Shown in pieces: positions 1-11,889 of a DNA stretch of 64,000 nt. The stretch is from Sphyrna mokarran (taxonomy: Eukaryota), in assembly GCA_024679065.1 (NCBI GenBank), contig JAGIQG010000011.1, forward strand, positions 47,740,001-47,804,000, given 5' to 3'. The translations under genes were made by a program, and so were the position numbers. The stretch's first letter is position 1. Each line of letters opens with the position of its first letter. The notes beneath the pieces are model-generated. The model ran no database searches, was not told where the DNA came from, and saw only the letters and a program-made list of their open reading frames with translations.

Positions 1-335
1 TCTTTTTTTGATAGTAAAATGTGCAAGACAGAGGCTGTGTGTTAAAAATAAAAATTGCAGTGTGAAGGCTACCAAACTTTTTAGCATTTCCTTTGACTGA
101 AAGTATGTTATGTTCTAGTGTAAATCTATTCCCGAATGTACTTTAGGAATAATTTGAAATATCCGGTACTAAAAAAAGTGAGTCTTGACATTTTTGTCAT
201 CTAACTCACTTGCAAATTTCAATTTCACAAATTTTAACTTGTCAAATGGATTCTTAAAAGTTTGGTAGCCCACACACTGCAATTTTTAGTTTAATACACG
301 GCCTCTGTCTTGCACATTTTATTATCAAAAAAAGA
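1..335. mobile_element. MITE-like foldback element with ~100 bp imperfect terminal inverted repeats, possibly cut by the window start
   Basis: 1-35 is the reverse complement of 301-335 with 1 mismatch; complementarity continues inward to about 105 versus 237. Confidence 0.7.
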
Positions 336-489
336 ATAATTTCAATCTCTTATCTCCATCCTTGCTGTCTCTCTCCTCTAAGCTCACAGTTTTCTGCTCC
401 CTGGTGATTTCTCCTTTCGTTAAAGGTTACCCAGCTATTACCATGGCTTTGCCCTTCATCTTACTACATCCCATGGCTTTTCTGTGTCC

Positions 490-690
490 ATGGTCTTATC
501 CCTGGCAAAACGCTGATGCAAAGTTAAAAAAGCCCACCAATATCTCTACCTTCTCGGATATAAGGAAACTCATCCATTACGTCTCTCACTAATTTCTACA
601 GATGCACCACAGAAAGCATCCTTTCCGGATGTATCACAGCTTAGTATGGCTTCTCTTCTGATCACAAGAAACTACAAAAGGTTGTGAAGA
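490..690 (+). mobile_element. Rex1/Babar-type LINE fragment
   Basis: Similar to 29720-29940 (tcctgg...aaagcccaccaa...ctctac...aatttctacagatgcaccacagaaagcat). Confidence 0.65.
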
Positions 691-1033
691 CAGAAACTAG
701 AATGGGATTCGATAACAGAAATTCACGAGGGGAAATCTGCTCTGATAAACATTTTATTATTCAGCATGCCCAATGTGAAAAGGAATAGTTCCAGACAAGT
801 TGTTTTTAAAATGTTAAGTCATAATAAGTACTTTTCATTAATATCAGTCCAGGACCATAAATATTTAAATTGATCTTGCAAAACTTTGTTACAATTCTGT
901 TAGAAATGTGTGGAAACAGCCAAGTTCTATTCAAAGCGCAAGTCATAGACAAATAAAATTAGATTGTGGATGATCTTAAAAATTAAATCAATTCTAAAAC
1001 ATAGCTAGTGTAGAAAACAGAGCCGTAAGAAGG

Positions 1034-1951
1034 AACCAGGAGTAAAATATATGCTCAAAGCATGAACAAAGATATATTTTGTCTTTACTGAAGCTTTTAT
1101 TTATTATTTGACCTTGAATTCACAGTAATCCTCCAGTGAATTGGAAACAGCGGAGGTAGCATTCAAGAAGGTAAAACCAATCTGGGCTTGTAACAAAAGC
1201 AGCAGAAGGTAAGCTTGTACTTTACGTATTCTACAACAAGGTTATGGTGACCTGAAAAAAATTGTCCCTAATAACAGTCAGGACAAAAATAACAGATGGT
1301 CCTGCTACATGGCTTAAAAATGTAGGGCATAAAGTAGGACACTTTGATAACTTTGCAGTTGATCACTGATATTCATAAATCAAACTACTCTAGATATGTA
1401 CTGCATCTGTGTCAAAATAAGAAACAGCAGGAATCTTTATGTGGATAGTGGCAAGTTACATTTGTCCAAGATGACAAAATCACAAGTAGAACAATTTCAA
1501 AGTCCAATCTGAATCAGGAATAGTGGTGGGTGGTCTCCTCCAATTGTAAAACTTGATATGCTATCGTAACTCCAATTTACTGCTTGTTTCTCCATCCCCT
1601 GCCAATGCTCAATTCTTCATTCCCTGCCTTTGATGTTCTTTCTCTTCAGTCCATCACTTCTTTTTCCTCTTACCAGTCTAAGATATGCTATCAGTGCCGT
1701 AATGAGGCATTAATAATACACATCAGGATGGGATGTCTACCCCATCATGAAGTGCTCATGAAGATCCAGTGAAATACAGGTCTTCCTTGACAATCTCAAA
1801 AATAGCATCTTGAATGACATAAAAAAGTCTTAAAACAACCAGGAGTAAAATATATGCTCAAAGCATGAACAAAGATATATTTTGCCTTCACTCAAGCTTT
1901 TAATTTTTGTTATTTGACCTTGGATTCACAATAATTCTCCAGTGAATTGGA
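1034..1951 (+). repeat. Local direct duplication of ~112 bp (1034-1145 and 1837-1951)
   Basis: aaccaggagtaaaatatatgctcaaagcatgaacaaagatatattttg is identical in both copies; the remainder to ccagtgaattgga is diverged. Confidence 0.9.
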
Positions 1952-3324
1952 GATGCCTCACAGAGTACAAGAAAGAAAAATGAACAGATAGCAAGGATGG
2001 GACTTACAACCTGCCATGTGTTTTGCAGCAGTGTGAGGTGGCCTGTCATTGGCCAGCAACAAGATCTTCTGCTTGCATTGTTGTGAATGGGTTTCCCATT
2101 GAATGAACCCCTCGCCACCATGACAATCCTGGCAGGAGTGCACCATTGGCTAGAATGGAAGATTCCTGCTGGCATGAACAACCGGACAGTTCCAACTCAG
2201 GTACTGCTGTACCAGGAGAAAGATTAGAGAAGGCAAACAAAGATATTGCCAGATCAAGTTTGGCAAGAGTTTTTAAAAGTTTTTAATGAAAGTTCAATGG
2301 TTGAGATATTAAAGCTTCTGGAGTATGGGATAAGGGAAACAAAATAGATCAGAGTTGGAATAGAGTATAGCTGAAACATTTGGCTGGAGGAGATTACAGA
2401 GATGGAGCAAGATATTTGTAAGCAAAAATAAGATTTTGAAAGTCAACACATTAGGACAGGGTGTCAATTTAGATCAACCTTGACAATGGGCAGGTAGAGG
2501 AAGCAGCAGCTGGAGTTTTAAATAAGTTGATTTTAGAAGTAGGATGATATTCAGGTCAACATAAGGTCATCAGAGAAGTTAAGTCCAAATGTGAAGAAAG
2601 GTTTGAATGAAGATTTCAGCGATGATAGGGCTGTAGTAAGGGTAGAGATACTGTAGAGGTGGACATAGACGAACTTAATGATGAGTAAGATGTGATGTTC
2701 AGCTCGAGATTACATAGGATGCTGAAATTGTACAACATATAAAGTTGAGCTTCAGAAAACAGCCAGGATTTTGGGGGGCGTGTAGCCTATTGAGGATAAT
2801 CACAGGCTTCAATACAGATTACAATTATCTGTGATCTTCCAATGACTTGGTTGCCAAGTACACAACCAACATACGATGGGATATTTCAGCTTTCACCCAT
2901 TGTCTGTATTGAGTTCAATGGTCTCTGCCAGGGCAGCTTCTGGGAATGAATAATAAACTTCAGCATCCCTGTGACAAATGGTTACAGTTTTGAAACCATT
3001 ACATATCCACTGGTCTTGCTGAAAAATGCATGCATATGGATGTCAGAACTGAACAGGATCAGGTTTTGCTACACTGCAGAGTGACACAGCTTCCTGACAC
3101 AGCTTCCTGACAGTTGCTAGCGATATTCACAAGAGGAAAAAAATTCACCTGGTCAGGTACCAGAAAGGCAGCTGCAGAATAATAAAAAAAAGACGTGCAA
3201 GTATATTGCTGCTTTCACCAACTCAAAGCATCCCAAAATACTTTGCAGCCAATACAATACTTCCGAGGCGTAATGTTGAAATCTGTATCTTAGCCCCTAA
3301 GTGTTCTCCATTGTCGTAAAATAG

Positions 3325-3628
3325 AATCTCATAGAATCTTACAGTACAATAGGAGGCCATTCGGCTCATAGAGTCTGCACCAGCCACAATCCCACCCTGG
3401 CCCTTTCCCCATAACCCCATGCATTTAATCTTGCTAACCCCCCACCGACAGTAAGGTGTAATTTATCAGGGCCAATCTACCTAACCCACACATCTTTGCA
3501 CTATGGGAGGAAACCACGCAGATACGGGGAAAATGTACAAACTCCACACAGATAGTGACCCAAGCCGGGATTCAAACCCGAGTCCCTGGCACTGTGAGGC
3601 AGTAGTGCTAACCACTGTGCCACCACAC
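3325..3628 (-). mobile_element. HE1-type tRNA-derived V-SINE
   Basis: Minus strand reads gtggcacagtggttagcact (A box)...gggtttgaatccc (B box)...gtgtggagtttgtacattttccccgt, ending in a CR1-like tail. Confidence 0.85.
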
Positions 3629-3629
3629 A

Positions 3630-3925
3630 GCAAGCTTCCACAAACAGCAATGAGATGCTGACCAAATAATTCTGTTTTGTTTTGTGACATTGATTGAGGA
3701 ATAAATATTGATCAGGAGAGTGCAGATAACTGTTAGTCTTTTTTGAAATAGTGTCATGGGATCTTTCACAACCAACTGAAAGGACAGACATACCACCAAA
3801 AGTGTATCATTCCCTCAGTACTACTCTGGAGTGTCAACCTAGATTTCTGTGCTCAACACTACAGTGTGACCTGTATTCAGAACCTCTAAGTCAAGAGTGC
3901 TATCAACTGAGCCACAGCTGACACC
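3630..3925 (-). mobile_element. DeuSINE (SacSINE1/AmnSINE1-like) remnant
   Basis: Deu-domain-like motifs (ccacaaacagcaatgag, ccctcagtact...ggagtgtcaacctagat); related copy at 24750-25120. Confidence 0.65.
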
Positions 3926-5039
3926 TTGAACGCATAATTTATAAGGTACTGCAGTCAGGAAAAGGGGAGAAATTCAAAAATTTTCTTTAGAAATCAAGTC
4001 TTCAGGAAGCATCCAAAATGATAGTCACAGCAAACAGATATTAACTTAGTTGTGCTATAACAAATTCTGTCATAGTGATAAACAATACATAATTTAATTC
4101 TTTTAATTTACTGGCACTTTCATTTCACAGGTCAACACAGTCTTGTTAATTATAATTAACTTTTCTGATAAACATGCTTATTTTGTTCTCAGTAAGAATG
4201 TTTTATTTGAAGTGTACGATAAGTTAAGCTGAAGAGGTCAATATTGGAATCAGTTGACATTTTCATAGCATGTGTTCTTTGTGCAATTTATTTTTGTCAA
4301 ATGTTGCATAAAAATAGTTGTTAATTCTTAATCTTTCTGCATTAATAAATAAATCATGATTAGTCTTAATAACAGTAAGAAGTTGGCAGGTCATAGACAA
4401 ACATGAAAATAACTAAATCATTTGGCTTGATTTTGAATTACACAAGAAAAGGCAACAACAGCACATTATAATTATCATCTGTGAATAAAGCAATAACAGA
4501 ACATACAGGGAGTTTATGAAATGTAGCCAAATGCTCACTGCTCCAGTTCTGACTAAGAGTAATGGGAATAACTGTTACATTGCTTGCTCAAATTAGGAAA
4601 AGAGGAGCTTTGCACATATATTCAAACATGTGCAGAGTTTTGCTCTTTGGCTTCCATATACTGGTGGAAATTCTGAAGTCATGCATTGATTGAGCCATAG
4701 CTTTCAAGTTTCTTTCTTTTAAGTCAATAAGTTAGCTGTGGTTAATGTGTAGATCAGTGTGGTGTCATCACTAATCCCAAAGAACTTACTCGCCAAGCTC
4801 TCTCCTAAAGATACCAAATTTAAAGTGAGATAAAGTTCTCCAAACCCAGTGTCTCTTCTTCAAATGTGAATCTGGATGGTGAGCAATAGTGTCAGGAATA
4901 CTGCAGTCATCCAATCCTGCAGTCCACAGAAGACAGTTAGTAATGTGCAAGGAGAACCCCAGAAGGTTCCTCCACCCTGGAGGATGAACCCAGCAAAGAA
5001 AAGTGATTGAATTTGAACCTTATGGTCTGCAGAGAGTTC

Positions 5040-6380
5040 AGTTATTTACTCTTTTCACAGTAAAATTTCCCTACGTTTATGTTCCATTCCTCTTGCAATA
5101 AACAGCAATATTTGCCTTCCTAATCATTTGTTGTCACTATGTGTTAACTTTGTGTGATTCATGTACTTGGACACCCTAGTTCCACTTGGACTACTTATTT
5201 CCACAATCTCTCTCCACTGAAATAGTATAATCTTTCTATTCTTCTTGCCAAAGTGGACAAGTTCACATTTTCCTAAATTGCATACTCAAAATTTTTTGCT
5301 CAATTACTTAATTTGTCTGTTATCTCCTTGTAGACTTCTTGGGTCAAATTCTCTACTGTTCCTGCCAGTAGTTCAGTGACAGATGGGGCAGAAATTGGCT
5401 GGAGGGCCAGAATTGATTTTGCATCGGCAGTGATTTCCTGTGGAATCTCCTGCTGGTGCTTGCCATGACGGATTAGGAAACCTGCTGGAAACTGCATGAA
5501 ACTGATTTACATCCCACTAATGGGAAGCGGGTGAAAGCCTGACCAGAATCTTCCTTTCACGCCAGATTCTCTGATATGCCAGCAGGAACAAGTTTGAAAT
5601 AATGTGGTGTGCAGAAATCAGGATTTTCCTGAAGCTCTGGAGTTTGGAATGGAAGCCACCAATGAGTGGAACTTGGGAACATCACAGTAAATCAGTGGTG
5701 GGTGCATCTATCAGGTGAATCTTCCAGCATAGTGTCATCCAGGAGGTTCAACTTCCAGGTTCAGATTGTTCCTGGCGATCCATGTCCTCTTCAGGACGTC
5801 CATCCCTTTTCTTCAACAGTGGGTCAATGATGTTGAGTGCCTTTTAAATATGGCACCCCAATATGATGACAAGATTCTATTTTGGTGCGACCAATAAATT
5901 TAACTACCACACATTCAGTCCCTTCATTCAAGTTACAGCTTGCCAACCTGAAAATTTCTCCCTACTCTGCTTTCTGCTGGCTAACCAATCCTTTATCCAC
6001 GCTAATATGTTACCACCTAAACTGTGCTTTCATCTTGTGTAATAACTTTTGATGTAGTACCTTATTAAATACCTTTTGGAAATCCAAGTACAGTGTGTAC
6101 ACATTTCCCTTTGTCATCTTGCTTGTTATATCTTCAAAAAACTCTAACAAATTTATTAAACATGATTTCCATTTCACTAAACCATGTTGACTCTGCCTGA
6201 TCCCATTTTGATTTTCTGCTGGATTCCAGCAATTTCCCTGTAATAGATCCAAAGCTTCTTTACTCTTTGCCTAAAGAATACTGAAAGATTATAACCAATG
6301 CCTCTGTCATCTCTACACTCACTTCGTGCAACACTCTAGGATGAAGACTATCTAAGTCATGGGGACTTGGCAGTCTTTAG
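5040..6380 (-). mobile_element. Degraded CR1 LINE, interrupted by another repeat at ~5380-5900
   Basis: ORF 6010..6252 has the CR1 RT motif QHG..K.KSCLINLLEFFE..T....YLDFQK.FNKV.H. Confidence 0.7.
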
Positions 6381-6384
6381 TTTA

Positions 6385-6712
6385 GAACCATAGAATCCCT
6401 ACAGTGCAAAAGGAGGTCATTTGGCCCACTGAGCCCACACCAACTGCATTCCCATGCAGGCCCTATTCTCTTAACCCCATATATTTACCCTGTTAATTCC
6501 CTTGATGCTGAGGGGCAATTTTAGCTTGGCCAATCAATCTAACCCACACATCTTCAGAGTGTGGGAGGAAACTGGAGCACCCCAGAGGAAGTTCACACTG
6601 ATACGGGAAGAACATGCAAACTCCACACAGACAGTGACCCAAGGCTGGAATTGGACCCAGATCCCTGGTACTGTGAAGGCAGCAGTGTTAACTGCAGTGC
6701 CACCATGCCACC
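6385..6712 (-). mobile_element. HE1-type V-SINE
   Basis: Same head, body and tail as the other HE1 copies. Confidence 0.85.
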
Positions 6713-8019
6713 CAACATTCTTGCCCTGATAATGGTGATTGTTTTAGGTTCCTGCCTCCCTTTCACTCCTTGATTTTCAAGTATCCTTGGGAAGTTTACT
6801 AAATCTTCTGTAGTTAAGATGGACACAAAGTATATGTTCCATGCCTTCTTCTTTTCCTTGTTTAATCTTTTGGAATTCTCTATCCCAGAGGCTCATGGAT
6901 GCTCCATTGTTGAATACATTTAAGGCTGAAATGGACAGATGTTTTAAATCTCTGGGAATTAAGGGATATGGGAATGAGTAGGAAAATGGAGTTGAAGTCA
7001 AAGATATGCTATCGTTGTGTTGAATGGCAGAGCAGGCTCAACGGGTTACTCCTGCTCCACTTAGCCTCCTTCTCTCCAGACTTTCCACTCAGTATTCCTT
7101 CAGGCCATGCATCTTGGCAGTGCCAATAGAGCTCTGCCCTTGGCACTATTGGCCCCAAGGGAGCTCAAACAGGTAGGTCCAGTGGACATTTGTCTCTCTG
7201 CTGCTGCCAGACTACAGAGGATGGGTCCCTCAAGGATCCTGGGGATTGGGTGGGTTCAGGGGAAAGGGTTGATCTCTCCACTTTCTCCTGAGGTGGGGTG
7301 TCATGGCTAGACTTGAAGATCACCTCTAGCATGATGATTTGAGGCAGTGCTGCGATTAATTTCTGCATTCTTGTCTGTCAGCTGTGTAAATTTTGAAAAT
7401 GCATGGTCATTTTAACCTCCGTAGCCCCGGCTACCCAACAGAATTTCAAATCATTGCAGCACTCCATTCTGCAGCAGAGATTTTTCTTTCTCTTTGTTAG
7501 AAGCTGCAGCTGAGTGCAGATCCCTTTAAAGATCTTTGTTAGAGAGGAGATGTCAATTTCACCAGATTGGGGGAAGGCTGGGGAGTGGTGGGGGGGATGC
7601 GATGGCTGTGAAGGGTGTTCCCTTCAGCACAACTATGCACTCAGCCCCAGTGTATGTATACAGCTTTGATTTGAAGCTGTTGTGGCTTCCCAGCAAGCTG
7701 AAATCATTGAAACCTTTGGTCAATAACAAATGCAACACCTGGTAAAAGATTCAGCTGCAAGCTCAATGGATTTCTATCATCCTCCATCCACCTGTATTTT
7801 TTATCTCCCTTCATGGTTGAACGCAGCTCAAATACTGCATTGATCCTGACCAAAATGTTGACAGAGTCTAAGCCTGCTTGACAATTTGTGTTTAACTTCC
7901 TCCCCCCATTAGGTGAAAATGACATCCCCTCTCTCTGATTCATTTTGATAAGAAGGATGCGGAGAGACAGTATAAATAAAGATATGACTCTAAAGGGAGC
8001 AAAGAGCAAAGCAACCTGG

Positions 8020-9090
8020 CTGTATATGTGCATATATCATTGAAAATGGCAGGATGGTTTGAAAGCATGGTTGATAAAGCATGCAGACTTCATTAATAGG
8101 GACACAGAGTACAAAAGAAAGTTATATTAAATTTCTATAGTATACAGGTTTGGCCTCAACTGGAATACTACATCCAATTCTGAGTACCACACTTTAGGAA
8201 GATTGTGCACTTTAGTAAGCATGTGAACACATTAGAGGAAGTACAGAAAGCATCCACAAGGATGATGCAAAGGGTAAGGAAGTTTGTTTACACATATTGG
8301 AGAAGTTGGGACTGTTTTCCTTGGAGAAGAGTAGGCTGCAAGGAGATTTGATAGAGGTATTCAAAATCATTAGGAGTATGGACAGACTCTCAGAGAAGTG
8401 GTGGCATAGTGGTATTGTCAGTGGACTAATAGTTCAGAGACCCAAAGTAATGCTCTGGCTACTTAGGTTTAACTCCCACCATGGAATGTGGTGAAATTGG
8501 AATTCAATAGAAGTCTTGAATTAAAGATTGAATGATAACCATGAAACCATTATCAATTGTTGTAAAAATCCAACTGATTCACTAAAGTCCTCTAGAGAAG
8601 GAAATCTGTCGTCCTCATCTGGTCTGGTTTATATGTGACTCCAGAAGCACAGCAATGTAGTTGATTCTTAAACACCCTCTGAAATGGCCTAAGTAAGCTA
8701 CTTAGTTCAAGGGCAATTCAGGATGGACAATAAATGTTAGCATTGCTGGCAACACCCAGGTCCCACGAACAAAGTTTTAAAAAACTGTTCCTTTTGGTAG
8801 AAGGATTGGGAGCAAGAGGGCACAAATCTAAATAACTGGCACAAGAATCACTGACAACATGAGAAAAATAGTGTTTAGGATCTGGAATGTAGTGCTACAA
8901 AATGTGGTAGAGGCAGCTTTAATCAAGGCATGCAAGAGATAATCGGGTTATTATTTGAAAAGGAAGATTACGCAGGTCTACAAGGAGGCACAGGAGTAGA
9001 ATTAGGTGAATTATTCCTTTTGAGAGCCAGCACAAAAACAATTGGCCAAATGGTGAGCTAAATGCTCTAATCATCCTATGATTCTGTAAA
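8020..9090 (+). mobile_element. Old CR1 3' portion with a nested tRNA-SINE (8395-8780)
   Basis: LEKLGLFSLEKSRLQGDLIEVFKI motif; CR1 sequence resumes after the SINE. Confidence 0.75.
8395..8780 (+). mobile_element. tRNA-derived SINE with Meta-like central domain; related copies at 19155-19535 (+), 39370-39632 (-), 51025-51360 (+)
   Basis: Shared core gtgactccaga..cacagcaatgt.gttgactcttaa..gccctctgaaatggcct in the plus-strand copies; the minus copy shares the head and ggaaggaaatctgcc motif. Family name is from memory. Confidence 0.65.
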
Positions 9091-9599
9091 AATAATATTG
9101 TGCAGTAAAAGATTCTGAACTAGAACTAGCCTCAAATGCAAGAATAGATTGTCTGATCCTGCTCCCACAGACGTGTTCCACAGTAACAAGTGCCCGGTCT
9201 ATTTCACCTGTCAATCACTCACTTTGAAGCTCTGCCATTGTAAACAACTAACCAGTACTCTCGTTGTACAACTTTATGAACCTGATCACTCTACTGCCTC
9301 TTAGCTTAACTTCTTAAAACATATTTTTATCTTGTTACATTTTAGGGCAGATTTCATTTTAAGTGGTATTTAAATGTTTTTTTATTTCTGAAAAAATTGT
9401 CTTATTTTATTATCTATGGCCACGAGTTGTAATCAGCAGGATGTACTTGATTCCCTCCTGACTTTTCATCTGCTCTGCCAATATAATAATTCATAGCCAC
9501 TTTGAGTCTATTTTAAAATGACTTGATTTGTTTTCAAACAAATATAGGCAAATACTTAATACATGCCTTTAAGTGATGCAAACTGAAATTGGTTCTTAA

Positions 9600-10230
9600 G
9601 AACATAGGAATTTGATACAGAAAAAAGCCATAAGGCCCCTTGAGCACTGATTGCTCTTTAAGCTCAATGAAAGCTCTTAATTCCCTTAAAATCCAAAAAT
9701 CTATCAATCTCAACTTTTAATACACTCAATGATGAAGGATACACTGCTCTCTAAGGTCAAGAATGCCAAAACAATTTGCAATCCTCCCAGTAAAGATATT
9801 TTCCTTGGCTTCAGGGCAAGGGAACAGTTAATTCTGACTGTGAATTTTTCTGAGTTTTTGACTCTTCTCTCAGGGAAACATCCTTTCAGCACTTACCCTG
9901 TCAAGCCCTCTCAGAAGATCATACATTTCAATGAGATGACATTCCATTTTTCTAAATTTGACAAGTGCATATTGTAAGAAACAATTTAGTGAAGCCTCAT
10001 TGCACCCTCTCTAACTCTCTAAAAGCCATCATTGCATTTGGTTTCCTAAAAGCCTGATGTAACTACATGTTGACTTTCTATTTCTGTACACAAGGATATC
10101 CAAATTCCTTGCTGCACAAACATTTAATAGCTTTTCATAATTTAAAAACTATTGTACTTTGCTTTTCTACTTCCTAAATATCTGGAACGTTTCCACCTAG
10201 CTTTGTATTGACAGCAAACTTGGATATATT
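9600..10230 (-). mobile_element. Highly degraded CR1 fragment
   Basis: aagaacatagga tail and CR1 3' motifs in antisense. Confidence 0.55.
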
Positions 10231-11221
10231 GACCCTTGACTAGGGAACATTTCAAGCAATAACGTAAAACCAGAAAAGCATGAACTAAAGTAGAACGAGT
10301 TCTTTTCTTGTGGATAACCACATACTGGAAATACTTCTTTGTTTACACTTGTCTGTCAATGAGCCAAAGAATCTTATTTCATCACTTCTCGAAAGTGCAT
10401 AAAACAATGGCCATTACATTGAGCAAGAGGACATTCAAGTGTGATGACAAGGAAACTACTTTCCATTGCATTAATTTTACAAAATAAACTGCTTATCAAA
10501 AGCAATGGAATACCGAGAGCTGTTGTCTAAAAGCTGTTTAAAGAATAGTGTCATTTGTAAACAGGTAATTACTTATCTATGTTTTCCTCAAATCCCTCAG
10601 AGATATTGGACCTGATTTCTGCTGTGTCACAATGGAGGCGGCTGGGCTTTAAGAATGTTGTGCAGGACTCTAGTCTGAATTTCCTGCCTCTATACACATC
10701 AACATTAGCTGACTAATCAATCAATTATAAGATCGTATTACAGGATTCAATTGACATAGTAATGTACAAATCTTAACACTGTTTAATGTAAAAGAGCATC
10801 TTATCTATGTAGGTGCACTCTCATGGATCTAGTGGTCATTTACATTTCCTAATCAAAGCCCTATCAAAAATTTCTGAATTAAGACCATTTTAATTTATCA
10901 TACAACACCATCTCCAGCCTAGAGTTCTTATTGGTTCATGACTGCTCGGAGAGCTGTGAATTATATCCATTATCCAAACAAACTCAACCTGATCTCATGT
11001 AAATAGTACGGATTTTGAAGTGCCAACTCTTGCAATGCAGCCGGCAATGTTAGGACTGCTGCATGCAAGTTTACTACTTGCAGCGTTATCTTGCTGTGCT
11101 AAAAATAGCCAATGATGAGCAATGCAACAGATGGTTATGTGTTCCGTCACTGCAAAGGCTTTAGTGTATTCTGTTCATTATTGGCGTCGCTGGTGTGAAT
11201 GGTGAGAAAGTTGCAGCCAGG

Positions 11222-11515
11222 GTAGCATAGTGGCACAGTGGTTAGCACTGCTGTCTCAGTTCCAGAGACCCAGGTTCAATTCCAGCCTTGGGTAACTGTG
11301 TGAAATGTGCACATTCTCCCTGGTCTGCACTGGCTTTCTCCCACAGACCAAAGACATACTGATTAGGTGAATTGGCAACGATAAATTTCCTCTACGTATC
11401 AAGGGGATTAGCTGGCTAAATGCATGGGGTTGCAGAGATAGGGCCTGGGTGGGATTGTTGTTGGTGAAGGCTCGATGGGCTGAATGGCCTCCTTCTGCAT
11501 TATAGAAATTCTATG
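11222..11515 (+). mobile_element. HE1-type V-SINE
   Basis: gtggcacagtggttagcactgctg...caggttcaattcc; tail gatgggctgaatggcctccttctg. Confidence 0.85.
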
Positions 11516-11889
11516 TCATTCAGATACATAAATGAATGATTTTTGTTTTTCCATAGATTCATTTTGCAGGATATGAAATTGATAGGCAAATAATAATGGC
11601 CATCAATGACTCTCCAAAATGACAAGCCAGCATTCCAGCCTGAGACTGCCTTTTTTCAGTTCGTGAAATCAGGTTTCATGCTGCTTTTAGGAACCTAATG
11701 CCATTTTTGTGGAATTTTAAAGGGATCACTGAATTTTGCTCAAAATGTAATCACCTATTTATTTTTAAATGGAAGATGAATAATCCTCTACCTGTCTGCT
11801 GCAGCAGTCTCCTCTTTCCAGCTAATTGCCTTAAACGTGACCTTCTGGCTTGGATCCACAAAAATGGGAGGAAGTGTTACAGCTTCTAG

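Noticed and set aside
3083-3111. Short tandem duplications (13-mer here, 16-mer at ~43408, 19-mer at 63452) as a CRISPR-like array
   Set aside because: Only 2-3 adjacent copies with no spacers; ordinary slippage in a vertebrate intron.
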